NCBI GenBank assembly: GCA_963699755.1
Contig: CAVOVB010000001.1
Span: 768,001-832,000, forward strand
From: an uncultured delta proteobacterium
GTDB lineage: Bacteria; Myxococcota_A; Polyangia; Polyangiales; Houyiibacteriaceae
Reading direction: 5' to 3'
Length of the DNA: 64,000 bases
Numbering within the stretch: the stretch's first letter is position 1; the number at the start of each line of letters is the position of its first letter. Both the position numbers and the translations under genes were made by a program. Shown here piece by piece: positions 18,664 to 31,488 of the stretch. The notes below the pieces were generated by a model. That model saw nothing but the letters and a program-made list of their open reading frames with translations. It was not told the origin of the DNA and made no database searches.

Positions 18664-20682
18664 CTATTCGACGACGACCTCGCAGGTCGCACTGCATCCC
18701 GACCCCGGGGCTCCGTTGTTCGGACCGGCGTCACAACCTTCACCGAGCTCGGGCTGCCTGATGCCGTCACCGCAGCTCGGGCCCGACGAACAGTCGGGGT
18801 TGCAGCCGCCAGGCCCACCTAGGTTGTCCCCGTCGTCGCATTCCTCGAAGCCAGCGTCGACGTTGCCATCGCCGCAGTGAGGACCGAGTGCCGTGCAGTC
18901 CGGCATGCATCGTCCATAGGCGCCGGTGTTTTGCGCAGCACCGTCGTCACAAAACTCGAAGCGGGTCACCACGCCATCGCCGCAGCTGTAGTCGCAGGTC
19001 GAGATTTGAGTGACAAAGCCGTCGAGCGTCAGTCTGAAGTTGGACGCGCCGGTGTGGCGTTCTGCGTGGAAGATGGATACTTCGTACACCTCGCCAACCG
19101 TCAGACGCGCCTTACAGGCGGCCACGATGGCATCCTGGGTTGGGCTACCGGCATCGTTGGGGTCTGCGAAGCTCATGACGTCGGTGACCCTCGGGTGCAG
19201 CCCGCCAACGTCCAGGCACAGGAACCCGTCGACGAACACCCAAAGGTCATCGTCGCCGCTAAACGTGAGCACCTCGTCACCCTGATAGACGAAGAAGTAG
19301 TGCACCTCGGTGGTGAAGCCGAAGTTGCTTGGCTCGCTTCCGCCGGAGGGAACATGCAGGGTCTCGCCGTAGGTCGGCTCAGAGGGCCAAGCCAATGCTG
19401 CCAGCACAGGGTCGTCCAGCGGAAAGAATCCTGGAGGGTGGTCCAGGCTATCGTACTCGTACTCGTTGTCACCGGTCTTTGGAAGGATGAGCTCTCCCAC
19501 CACTTGAAGGTTTCCGATCGGATCTAGCGACGAGCTGGTTCGGTACCACTGTGCGAACGATGCAGCGCTGTGTGGTGGGCCCTCATTGGAGCCGTAAACG
19601 TACGGGTTCTCCCCCGAGAGCTGGGGCTTGCCCTCTGCATCGAGCAGGTCCTCGGTGATATCGAATGCGATGCTTCCGTTGGAGTCGTCGGGGTTGTTGA
19701 AATCCCAGCTGAAATTGGTCGGTTCCGGATCGCTCGTGTCGTTGCTTCGGAAATCCCTGTAGATCACCGGGATCACGAGCTCATCGCCCAGGTCTACCGG
19801 AGAGAGCACGCATTCGAAGCCGTCCTCCTCCTGGCAGTTGCTCGAGCATCCATCCCCATCGTTCGTGTTCCCGTCGTCGCAGGCTTCGCTCGTGCCTGGC
19901 AGGATCACCCCGTCGCCGCACATCGCCTGGCAGACCCCCCCACTGCAGCTCGGCTCGTTTCTGCAAGCCGCATCGCAGCCGTCGAACGGTGTAGCGTTGC
20001 CGTCATCGCATTGCTCGGTGCCTTCGCGATTGCCGTCGCCACAGACGATCGGCACGCAGTCAGTATCAGGCGTATCGCACTTGTAGCCGTCCTCGAGCTG
20101 GCACGCATCAGAGCAGCCATCGCCGGCCATCGCATCGCCGTCGTCGCACTGCTCGAACCCGGCGACAATTCCGTCGCCACACTCACTGGCCGCGCATGCC
20201 ACGCCTGGAAGCGAGCAGGACCATCCGTCCTCCCGTTGGCAGCTCGCGCCACATCCATCGCCGGCGGTCGCGTTGCCATCGTCGCATGTCTCCGGCGGGT
20301 CGATGCGCGAATCGCCACAAACGATCGGCACGCAAAGGACGCCCGCCGTGGGGCATCGGTAGCCTTCTTCGACCATCATGCAGTCGGCCGCGCATCCGTC
20401 ACCGCTATTCCGGTTCCCGTCATCGCACGCCTCAATCGGGGCCCGCACCCGGTCACCGCAGTCCAGGAATATCTGGCCGCCGCTGCCGCCATCGCCACCG
20501 ACACCAGCAGCTCCGCCAGCGCCGCCGCCTCCAACACCAGCGTTGCCGCCAGAGCCAGCAGCGCCGCCGCTGCCTCCGCCGCCCCCCGAACCGGCAGGAT
20601 CCGGGTCACCCGAGCAACCCGGCGGAACCGACAAGGCGAGGCAAAGCCCCGCCACCCCCGTCAAAACATGAACACGCCCCAT
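18664..20682 (-). CDS. Fibro-slime domain lipoprotein with myxobacterial Cys-rich (DUF4215-type) repeats
   Basis: Gly-rich linker; repeated CGDG...E.CDDG; fibro-slime core IYRDF...NFGFTTE...FSGDDDLWVF...DVGGLH...FHAERHT. Confidence 0.9.
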   Translation of the reverse strand: MGRVHVLTGVAGLCLALSVPPGCSGDPDPAGSGGGGGSGGAAGSGGNAGVGGGGAGGAAGVGGDGGSGGQIFLDCGDRVRAPIEACDDGNRNSGDGCAADCMMVEEGYRCPTAGVLCVPIVCGDSRIDPPETCDDGNATAGDGCGASCQREDGWSCSLPGVACAASECGDGIVAGFEQCDDGDAMAGDGCSDACQLEDGYKCDTPDTDCVPIVCGDGNREGTEQCDDGNATPFDGCDAACRNEPSCSGGVCQAMCGDGVILPGTSEACDDGNTNDGDGCSSNCQEEDGFECVLSPVDLGDELVIPVIYRDFRSNDTSDPEPTNFSWDFNNPDDSNGSIAFDITEDLLDAEGKPQLSGENPYVYGSNEGPPHSAASFAQWYRTSSSLDPIGNLQVVGELILPKTGDNEYEYDSLDHPPGFFPLDDPVLAALAWPSEPTYGETLHVPSGGSEPSNFGFTTEVHYFFVYQGDEVLTFSGDDDLWVFVDGFLCLDVGGLHPRVTDVMSFADPNDAGSPTQDAIVAACKARLTVGEVYEVSIFHAERHTGASNFRLTLDGFVTQISTCDYSCGDGVVTRFEFCDDGAAQNTGAYGRCMPDCTALGPHCGDGNVDAGFEECDDGDNLGGPGGCNPDCSSGPSCGDGIRQPELGEGCDAGPNNGAPGSGCSATCEVVVE

Positions 20683-20725
20683 ACCAGCATCTTAGAGGCA
20701 GACGCGGGCAGCTGCCAAAAGCGGG

Positions 20726-22060
20726 CTATTGCTCCGCGCGACGGACCCTCACGACGATGATGGTGGCCGTCATCATGGCGCCAAAGGAGATGAGGGTTCC
20801 CCAGGCGGCGCCAACCTCGCCCATCTGTGGAACGAGGATGAAATCCGCGGCGAGGTTGAGGAGGGCTGCGGCCAGCGCGATGAGGGAAACGGTTTTGGCC
20901 TGCGTCGCCGCTAGGAGGGCCGATTGCCAGAGCAGGGAGATGCCAAGGCAACCGAGGCCGACCGCAAGGATTGGGATCGAACGAAGGACGCTTGGTGATG
21001 TGCGATACGATTCCTCCAAGAGCGGTGTGTACATGACGATCAAGGGTAGAACGACGACCAAGAGAGCGACCCAAGCTGCGATCTGAAGGCTGCTTCGCCG
21101 CAGGAGCTTCGCAGCGCCGTCTCGGTCGCCCTTTGCATAGGCCGAGTAGTAGAGCGGGTTGAATGAATGAAGGGTCACGAGGTTCACGGTGCTGACTAGT
21201 AGGGCGATGCGGTAGGCCGCCTCGTAGCGCCCCGCCGCAGCGACGCCATTCCAGAGGGCAACGTAGAGACGATCGGCGCTTTGGTACCCGACGTAGGCGA
21301 GCAGGGTGAGCACCATCGGAGCCGAAAATCGAAACGGAGCGCTCAGTGAAGCGAGCGACGGGGGCTGCTTGAACCAGCCTTGGTGACGGAGGATGACAAA
21401 GGCCGCGATCCCTGCGCCAAGCTGCGCGAGGACAAGCCCGCCCCAGCGCGCCTCCCAGCTCCAACCAAGCAGGAAGAAGAGCGAGATCGCGATGAACGGT
21501 CGAGTGCCTTCTACGAACTCCGACCAAAGCGCCGCTCGCGCGGGCTGGCTCTGCGCCTCGTGGATCGTCTGAGCCATGATGCGCGCCGTACTGATCGCCG
21601 CCGCGATGATCACCCCGCAGACGGCCCAGCGGGGCAGCGACTCGCCCCGAAGTGTGAAAATCGAATCCGGAAGGACAGCGACCCCAAGCGTCGTGAGGCC
21701 CCCGACGACGAGCGCCAACGCAAACATGCCTCCGAGGTCGCCCGCGAGATCGGAGCGCGGCTTCTTGTGAAGGTAGACCAGTATGTAGGTCTGGGGCGCC
21801 AGGGTCACCGTGGCGACTGCAACCCCGTACACCACGCCTTCCAGAATTGCGAAGCGACCGTAGTCGGCCTGGTCGAGCAGATGGGTCCAGAGCAAGTGCG
21901 CGAGCTGGACCAGGCCACCCATCGCGCTTGCCATCGTGTAAATGAGTACGTTCCGGCGGAACGTCTGCTTCTGTTCGGCTGCTGCGTCCAGAGGGACAGG
22001 AGGTACTTCAGCCTGGGGGTCGGCGCCAGTGGGAGCTGGCCGAGATCGGCTCAGCGCCAA
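20726..22060 (-). CDS. Wzx-type polysaccharide flippase
   Basis: About 12 TM segments; LLDQADYGRF, ADRLYV...AGRYEAA and LVPQMGEVGAAW patterns of the MOP/Wzx family. Confidence 0.85.
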   Translation of the reverse strand: MALSRSRPAPTGADPQAEVPPVPLDAAAEQKQTFRRNVLIYTMASAMGGLVQLAHLLWTHLLDQADYGRFAILEGVVYGVAVATVTLAPQTYILVYLHKKPRSDLAGDLGGMFALALVVGGLTTLGVAVLPDSIFTLRGESLPRWAVCGVIIAAAISTARIMAQTIHEAQSQPARAALWSEFVEGTRPFIAISLFFLLGWSWEARWGGLVLAQLGAGIAAFVILRHQGWFKQPPSLASLSAPFRFSAPMVLTLLAYVGYQSADRLYVALWNGVAAAGRYEAAYRIALLVSTVNLVTLHSFNPLYYSAYAKGDRDGAAKLLRRSSLQIAAWVALLVVVLPLIVMYTPLLEESYRTSPSVLRSIPILAVGLGCLGISLLWQSALLAATQAKTVSLIALAAALLNLAADFILVPQMGEVGAAWGTLISFGAMMTATIIVVRVRRAEQ

Positions 22061-22171
22061 GGATTCGCGATCTCCGCCTCACTTTACAGCGTGTTGCCTA
22101 GCGCCGTGCGCGAAACATCGTCAAGAAGAGGCTTGCGTGTCGGTGACATCCCTGGCTCGCTAGAAGTTCCG

Positions 22172-23044
22172 ATGCTCAGGTACGCCGCAGATCGACGCAC
22201 CCTTGTGTACATGGCCGTCACGACGGGGCTCCTCGTCGTTCAATGGAGCAGGGACACGTTCAGTCCCCTCTTGTTCGCTGCGTGCCTATTCATGGCAGTG
22301 TCCGTTTCGGTCATCGCGCATAACCACAATCACGTGACGATCTGGAAGTCGAAGCCTCTGAACACGCTCACGGACTACTGGATCACCTTGTTCTACGGAT
22401 TCCCTGCCTTCGGTTGGATTCCGACGCACAACCAGAACCATCACAAGTTCAACAATCGCGAGGGAGACTACACGCTCACCTATCGCTACACCGAGAGAAC
22501 CAATCTCTTCACGCTGCTCACCTATCCGAGCGTGAGCGCGTTTCATCAGCAGAAGCCGATTCGCGACTACCTCTCGAAGCAGTACCTGGTCAACAAGAGG
22601 CGCTTTTGGTTCTGCATCTCGCAGTACCTTCTACTGGTCGCCTTCCTCGCGGCGGCGTTCTTGATCGACTGGAAGAAGGCGCTGCTCTACGTTCTGATTC
22701 CGCAGCAGGTCTCGCTGTATGTCGTGATGATCTTCAACTACGTCCAGCACGTGCACGCCGACGAGAAGTCGGCCGTGAATCACTCGCGCAATATCGTCGG
22801 CCCGCTGATGAACTGGCTCTTGTTCAACAACGGTCTACACACCGTTCACCACGACAATCCTGGGCTGCACTGGAGCAAGGCCGCGGCAGCCCACGCGAAG
22901 ATTTCCGCCGACATCGACCCGCGACTCAACGAGCAAAGCTTCTGGTGGCTCCTGGCTCGCGTCTACATTCTCGGAATCTTCAATCGAAACGCCCGCGGCA
23001 GCTCGATGCGCCTCGAGCGCATCGCGTCCGCGCAAGAAATCTAG
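22172..23044 (+). CDS. Membrane fatty-acid desaturase family protein
   Basis: Three His boxes: HNHNH, HNQNHH and HTVHH. Start MLRYAADRRT. Confidence 0.88.
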   Translation: MLRYAADRRTLVYMAVTTGLLVVQWSRDTFSPLLFAACLFMAVSVSVIAHNHNHVTIWKSKPLNTLTDYWITLFYGFPAFGWIPTHNQNHHKFNNREGDYTLTYRYTERTNLFTLLTYPSVSAFHQQKPIRDYLSKQYLVNKRRFWFCISQYLLLVAFLAAAFLIDWKKALLYVLIPQQVSLYVVMIFNYVQHVHADEKSAVNHSRNIVGPLMNWLLFNNGLHTVHHDNPGLHWSKAAAAHAKISADIDPRLNEQSFWWLLARVYILGIFNRNARGSSMRLERIASAQEI

Positions 23045-24453
23045 CCACCCAGCATCGGCACCTTGCCGCGACGCAGTCGAATGCGAAGCCTGTCACCCTT
23101 GGGCAAGGGATAAGGGCTGTACTTCATCTCGAGAGGCAGCTCCGGATCGAAGAGCTCGATGTCCGCGAGCTCGAGGAGCAGCGCGAGGGTGGCGATGATC
23201 TGCACATCCGCCAGCGCCGCACCGAGGCAGGTGTGGGGGCCCATCCCGTAGGGGTTCAAGGTGCCAGGCTCGGGTCGAAGCGCATCAGGGCCCAGGAAGC
23301 GCATCGGGTCGAAGCGCTCCGGCTCATCGAAGTACTCGTCCATCAGGCCGTGCGCGCCAACGCTGATCAGCAACTGATCGCCCGCGCGAATTTGGTGTCC
23401 GGCGTAGACGAAGGGCACCCGAGCGTATCGGACCATGGCGAGGGTCACCGGATAGCGACGTGCGACCTCCAGCTTCACGGCTTCGGCCAGTTTCAATCGA
23501 TCCAGCCAATCGCGACCCGAGAGCGATGCAGAGCTCGCGTATTCGAGCTCCTTGCGAAGCTCGGCTTGGAGGTCCGGTAGCCGATAGACGGCGGAGAGCA
23601 CGAAGCTCAAGCTCGCGGCGACGGTGTCGATGCCGGCGAAGTACGGTGTGATGGCGAGCAGCGGAATGTCTCGTTCGCCCAGCAAGCCGTCCTGCACGCA
23701 GCGGCGCAGAATCGGGAATAAGCCATCCTCGGGATTGCTTTGTTCGACGGACCGAAACAGCTCGACCCCCATGTTCATGATGCGCTTCTTCGCCCTCCGA
23801 AACCGCGGGTCCCAGAGAAGAAACCTGGGCCAGCGCCGACCGACCGTGACCTCGATCGAGGTGTGCATCACGCGGAGCAAGTCTTCGTGGTATTCGTCAG
23901 GGTCGACACCCGCCATGTCCATCAGCGCGGCGAGCTCGTGAAAAACCAGGTCCCTCGTGAAACGTTCGACGTCCACGGCTTGACCGTCCCAGCGCCTCAA
24001 GCATCGCTGGACGACCTCGCGCAGCTCTGGCAACCGGTTTTCGAGCGTGCTTCGGGACATCGAGGGACGGAGGCGCTTGCGGAGCTCGGCGTGGAACTCG
24101 CCATCGGCGCTCACGAGGGCGCGCTCGCCGCCAAACAGCGTGACGAACTCGTGCCATACGGGCTTGGACTCCAAGAGTTGGCGGCCTTGCTTCGACAAGA
24201 AGCGCAGACCCTCGGCACCCGCCAAGACCAGCATCGGCCGGTGTACGAATCGCACCGAGAACACGGTACCCAAGCTCCGGTAGCCGCGGATGAACATCCC
24301 GTAAGGGTCGTAGAGGAACTCGGGGAGGTTGCCGAGGACAGGAGCACCAGAGAGCCGGGGCGGTCGTGGTGCCCCGAAATCACCCGCACGAACTTCGGGT
24401 TCTTTGCGCGTCGGCTGGTTCGCTGGAGGCGTGCTCTGGGCGCTCGGTGGCAT
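23041..24453 (-). CDS. Cytochrome P450
   Basis: I-helix AGIDT, ExxR (EVAR), PERF and heme ligand PYGMGPHTCLG. Confidence 0.95.
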   Translation of the reverse strand: MPPSAQSTPPANQPTRKEPEVRAGDFGAPRPPRLSGAPVLGNLPEFLYDPYGMFIRGYRSLGTVFSVRFVHRPMLVLAGAEGLRFLSKQGRQLLESKPVWHEFVTLFGGERALVSADGEFHAELRKRLRPSMSRSTLENRLPELREVVQRCLRRWDGQAVDVERFTRDLVFHELAALMDMAGVDPDEYHEDLLRVMHTSIEVTVGRRWPRFLLWDPRFRRAKKRIMNMGVELFRSVEQSNPEDGLFPILRRCVQDGLLGERDIPLLAITPYFAGIDTVAASLSFVLSAVYRLPDLQAELRKELEYASSASLSGRDWLDRLKLAEAVKLEVARRYPVTLAMVRYARVPFVYAGHQIRAGDQLLISVGAHGLMDEYFDEPERFDPMRFLGPDALRPEPGTLNPYGMGPHTCLGAALADVQIIATLALLLELADIELFDPELPLEMKYSPYPLPKGDRLRIRLRRGKVPMLGG

Positions 24454-26116
24454 TGGTCTGTGGGTCTATAGCAAGCTTTCTCGATTCCGAGAACGCTTCC
24501 CAGGCCGCCTCCGGCGCGAGGAACTGAAGCGGGTCCAGCTCCGGTTTCACCTTCTGATAGATCGTCGGGAAGGTGCCGTCCGCCTGGTACTTGGCGCGCA
24601 TCGCACGCCAAAGCGTGTGATCGAACATCTCGGTGAATTCTTCCTCTGTGCTGAAGACGTCACAATAGGTGTGCAGGAAGCCGCCAAGCGATCGCGCTTT
24701 TCGCTCGAGCTCACGGACCTTGGTTACCGCAGGGTACCGCTGATCGCCATCTTTGACCCTCTGGGGAAATCCGTACACCCCGATGTCCAGAAAGGCCGCC
24801 GTCTCGCTTCGCCCTGAGTACGGCTTTCCGCGATTGGCTGGCAGCCTGACCATTCCGCCCCTGTCGATGACTTTGCAGGGATAGGCGAGCAATGGATAGA
24901 TCTCGAAGTTGTCGTGCACGTGCGTAACCATTTCCGCGAAGTGCTCCGCTGGGAATGCGTACTCCTGCCAGACTTGTCTGCGGATCGTATTCTCACGCTC
25001 GGCCTCGGGCCTGGTGCCCTTGAGGAGCGTGGTGTTCGGTGGGAGCATCCAACCCATCGTGTAGCGGAACCAGGGTTCGTTGGCCGTCGGCAGAATCTGC
25101 GCCAGGCACATGCACATGCTTCGGTCGTGGCGCATCAGATAGTCGTGCGTCGGAACGAGCTCTTCGTAGCGTTGGCCCTCGCCCAGCTTCAGCATGCTCT
25201 CGACGTGCTTGTAAAAGAGCGGCTTGAACCAGCGGTTGACGGGATTCACCGGCAGCTTGGAGCTGGCCGCCTCATCTTCGTCAGCGAGGTGCCCTTCCAT
25301 GATCACGGCCAAGCCTTTTCCAAAAATGATCGTTTCGACGAAATGGGGTGACTCGTCCGCGCTGATCAGTCGCTGATACTCCTGTGCATAGGCAGCCAGC
25401 GAATAGAACGGACGGTACACCATGCGGACGTACGCTGTGGCAGGAATGACGCGCATTTCGAGTGCCACGAGCAGTCCGAGCGTACCGTGGCTCCAAGGGA
25501 GCGCTCGAAAAAGGTCGGCATGCTCGTTGTCTGTGGTGGCGCGGACGACATCGCCGTTCGCAGTGACGATTTCATAGGCGGTCACGGTGTCGTGGACTAG
25601 TCCGCAGATGTGCGAGTGCGTCGTCATGCCGAGCGCCATCACCAGGCCACCCATGGTCGCATCCTTCATTTCGATGGTGGCTTCGAGCTGGAGTCCCATT
25701 TGGTCGAGGTGCTTCGCAACCTCGCCTACAGTTACAAACGGCTCGAGCCGGACCACGCCCTTTTCCTGGTCGACGCTCAAGATCGCAGTGAGGTCGCTCA
25801 TGTGCACGGTCTGCGCTCGTGATTTGTCTGCCATCCGGGTGTTGAGTGACGCTGCGGGATTTCGATCCGTGCGGAGCGGCTTCTGTGCCCAAGCCTCCCC
25901 GTTACGGCGGGCCTTTGCATACCTCTGTACGTCCGCTCTGACGCGCGCCAGCCGCGCATCGTGCTCTTCTGGGGCGCTCTCTTCGACGCCGAAGCTCTTG
26001 AATCGCTGCCAGGTGGTGGCCGCCGTGCTCAAAGGAAGCGCAACGCCGACGATGACCAGCTCACGATGCTCGTCAGCCCAACGCTTCGCTGCCTCGACTG
26101 CGCGACTGAAATTCAT
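24380..26116 (-). CDS. FAD-binding oxidoreductase, Delta24-sterol reductase (DHCR24/DWF1)-like
   Basis: VRLEPFVTVGE, ATMGGLVM, YEIVTANG, DLFRALPWSHGTLG, DYLMRHDRS and FDHTLW...FPTIYQKV match DHCR24-family blocks. Confidence 0.8.
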   Translation of the reverse strand: MNFSRAVEAAKRWADEHRELVIVGVALPLSTAATTWQRFKSFGVEESAPEEHDARLARVRADVQRYAKARRNGEAWAQKPLRTDRNPAASLNTRMADKSRAQTVHMSDLTAILSVDQEKGVVRLEPFVTVGEVAKHLDQMGLQLEATIEMKDATMGGLVMALGMTTHSHICGLVHDTVTAYEIVTANGDVVRATTDNEHADLFRALPWSHGTLGLLVALEMRVIPATAYVRMVYRPFYSLAAYAQEYQRLISADESPHFVETIIFGKGLAVIMEGHLADEDEAASSKLPVNPVNRWFKPLFYKHVESMLKLGEGQRYEELVPTHDYLMRHDRSMCMCLAQILPTANEPWFRYTMGWMLPPNTTLLKGTRPEAERENTIRRQVWQEYAFPAEHFAEMVTHVHDNFEIYPLLAYPCKVIDRGGMVRLPANRGKPYSGRSETAAFLDIGVYGFPQRVKDGDQRYPAVTKVRELERKARSLGGFLHTYCDVFSTEEEFTEMFDHTLWRAMRAKYQADGTFPTIYQKVKPELDPLQFLAPEAAWEAFSESRKLAIDPQTNATERPEHASSEPADAQRTRSSCG

Positions 26117-26169
26117 CTCGACTGTCTAGCCCATCGCAGGGGCAAAGTCGCGCCAACTCTGCCAGGCGA

Positions 26170-28962
<2,793 letters not shown>

Positions 28963-28975
28963 GGCGATCCGCCCT

Positions 28976-30601
28976 CTAGGGCATTGTGTCTTCCTGGATC
29001 AACGCCGCGGCCCGTTCGCCAATCATCATGCTGGGGGCATTGGTGTTGCTGCCCGTGATCTCAGGCATGATCGATGCATCGACGACTCGCAGCCCTTCGA
29101 TGCCGCGCACGCGTAGACGCGGGTCGACGACCGCCATCTCGTCGACGCCCATTTTGCAGGTGCCGACCGGGTGGTACACCGTGCCCGCTCGGAGCCTGAT
29201 TTCTTGGATGAGGTCTTCGTCGCTCACGCGATCGACACCCGGCGACAGCTCGTCTCCGAGGTGCTCGGCCATCTCCGGATGGCTGCAAATCTCTCGACAC
29301 TTGCGAATCGCGTCGAGGAGGAGCTGCATGTCCTCCGGCTCGCGGAGGTAACCGGGATCGATGTGTGGCGCATCCGCGGCATCGGCGGAGCGGAGCAGCA
29401 ACTCGCCTCGGCTCTTCGGGTAGAGCAGCGTTGGCAGCACTGAGAAGCAGTGTCCGGGATCGACGTATGCGCGTTCGGGGCCGTCCTGATTCGGATCCGG
29501 GTAGCCCCAGGGGAGCGTGTGGAGCTGCAGATCCGGAATCCGCAGGTCCGGACGACTCTTGATGAACGCGCAGGCCTCGAAGACCGTCCGTCCGAACCAG
29601 TTGTTACCGAACATGTACTCCTTGAGCATGCCGCCCAAGAAATGCGCCGCCGTGCCACGGTGAAGGCTGGTTCGAGCCCGGAACACCAGCGGCACCAAAA
29701 TGTGATCGTGGAGGTTCTGGCCGACCCCCGGAAGGTCGAGCTTCGGTTCGATGCCATGCTCCCGAAGATGATTCGCAGGGCCGACTCCGGAGCGCATGAG
29801 CAAGTGCGGCGAACCGATCGCCCCGCCGGACAGAATCACCTCGCGTCGCGCCAGGGCCAGCAGCCGCTTGCCGGACTGCTCGTACTCCACAGCCGTCGCA
29901 CGACCGTTCTCGATGACGACTCGGTGAACCAGGGCACGAATCTCCAGATTGAAATTGGGCTTCGAGAGACTCGGTTGCACATAGGCTTCGCCCGTTCCGC
30001 TGCGAAGACCGTCGCGGCAGGACATCTGCATCACGCTCGCGCAGTGTTGATTCTCGGCATTGAAGTCATCGAGAATGGGGACGTCGCAGACTTTCGAAAC
30101 CGCCGTCATGAACGCGATGGAGACCGGACTGAGCTCATTCTCGGGGTGGCGGCTCACCCGAATCGGACCATCGGCGCCGTGATACTCGGTTTCGCCGTCT
30201 TCGTGGTCCTCGAGCTTCTTGTAGAACGGAAGAACATCCGCGAAGCTCCAGCCCTCGCAGCCACGCGCAGCCCAGTCGTTGTAGTTCTGCTTGTTCCCAC
30301 GGAGGTAGATCATGCCGTTGACCGAGCTGGAGCCGCCGACGACTTTTCCGCGCGTATAGGTGATTCGGCGACCGTTGAGATTCGGCTGCGGCGCGGTACT
30401 GAAGCCCCAGTCAACCTTCTGCTTGAGCTGCTTGACCTGCTGGACGAGGCTGATCATTCCCGGCTTGCGCACCAGAGTGGTCCGGTCGCTCCCCCCTGCT
30501 TCGAGCAGAAGGACGCTGACCTTGGGATTCTCTGCCAGACGGGCGGCAACGATGGCCCCGGCGGATCCGGATCCGACGACGACGTAGTCGTATTCAGCCA
30601 T
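28976..30601 (-). CDS. GMC family oxidoreductase
   Basis: YDYVVVGSGSAG, RGKVVGGSSSVNGM, YHPVGTCKMG and GLRVVDASIMP...NTNAP motifs. Confidence 0.95.
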   Translation of the reverse strand: MAEYDYVVVGSGSAGAIVAARLAENPKVSVLLLEAGGSDRTTLVRKPGMISLVQQVKQLKQKVDWGFSTAPQPNLNGRRITYTRGKVVGGSSSVNGMIYLRGNKQNYNDWAARGCEGWSFADVLPFYKKLEDHEDGETEYHGADGPIRVSRHPENELSPVSIAFMTAVSKVCDVPILDDFNAENQHCASVMQMSCRDGLRSGTGEAYVQPSLSKPNFNLEIRALVHRVVIENGRATAVEYEQSGKRLLALARREVILSGGAIGSPHLLMRSGVGPANHLREHGIEPKLDLPGVGQNLHDHILVPLVFRARTSLHRGTAAHFLGGMLKEYMFGNNWFGRTVFEACAFIKSRPDLRIPDLQLHTLPWGYPDPNQDGPERAYVDPGHCFSVLPTLLYPKSRGELLLRSADAADAPHIDPGYLREPEDMQLLLDAIRKCREICSHPEMAEHLGDELSPGVDRVSDEDLIQEIRLRAGTVYHPVGTCKMGVDEMAVVDPRLRVRGIEGLRVVDASIMPEITGSNTNAPSMMIGERAAALIQEDTMP

Positions 30602-30669
30602 GCTCTCGCCGAAGTGGAACGTGTTTCACTGTTGCCGATATAGCGGGCAGGGGCACGTCTTGCCAGCCC

Positions 30670-31455
30670 TCAGGCGACACCTAGCTCGAGGCGAGCGCAT
30701 TGGTACTCGGGACTGATCGCTCCGGCGGCGTCTCGTACCGAGCATCGGAAGCGATGAGGCGCCTCGACCGGTGCTCGTGAGAACTCGAAGACGGTAAGAA
30801 ACGGATCTGGCTTGTCGGCTCTCATGGAGAAGTCGGCCCGGCCGTTGAGATGCAGCTCGTGTCGCGCAGCCGCGGCGATGACGCGCTCGGTCCAGCGCGT
30901 TTGAAATACGATGTAGAGCCGTCCTGTTTCGCTCAAGGCCCGAGCGGCGGTCTCCATGTACGCCTCTACGCCGCCACGTTCTTCGAAGCGGCAGGCGCGT
31001 CGTTGTGGATCGTTCGGAAGCACGCCAGCAGCGAGGGGGAAATAAGGCGGCGAGGCGGTCACCAGGTCGAAGCGCTCGCCTCCGAAGTCGACGTCGCGAA
31101 AGTCCGCGTTTCGCACTTCAAATTGGCTTCGATCCTGCGGAAGCTCGGCGATGGCGCGGGCGGCCATGGCTACCGATTGAACCTGCGCTTCGATGCCGAC
31201 GGCCCGCTCCGGCCTGAGCTTGTGGCTCACCATCAGCAGAACCGACCCCACCCCGCATCCGAGATCGAGGTATTGCCGTGGCGGCTTTGGATTTCGGTAG
31301 ACCGCGTACCAGGCGGTGATCAGGTCGTCGGTACCGGTCCGATGTCCTCCGCTGCGCTGGTAGATGTGCCAGTTGCCGATGAGACGCTCCCGCGCCGCGT
31401 CCTCGGGCCAGGCGCTGAGGTCCGGTTTGCCCGGCTGTACCGGATTGCCATCCAT
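30670..31455 (-). CDS. SAM methyltransferase, tRNA m6A37 (TrmN6/YfiC)-like
   Basis: LDLGCGVG and amino-methyltransferase motif ASPPYF. Confidence 0.75.
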   Translation of the reverse strand: MDGNPVQPGKPDLSAWPEDAARERLIGNWHIYQRSGGHRTGTDDLITAWYAVYRNPKPPRQYLDLGCGVGSVLLMVSHKLRPERAVGIEAQVQSVAMAARAIAELPQDRSQFEVRNADFRDVDFGGERFDLVTASPPYFPLAAGVLPNDPQRRACRFEERGGVEAYMETAARALSETGRLYIVFQTRWTERVIAAAARHELHLNGRADFSMRADKPDPFLTVFEFSRAPVEAPHRFRCSVRDAAGAISPEYQCARLELGVA

Positions 31456-31488
31456 CTGGGGAAGCTAGCACCCGGGCGCCGGGGAGCA

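Noticed and set aside
21380..22171. 554-aa version of the desaturase
   Set aside because: The extension overlaps the flippase antisense; the family-typical start is MLRY at 22172.
23041..24453. Calling the P450 CYP51
   Set aside because: I-helix and heme-loop motifs differ from CYP51 signatures.
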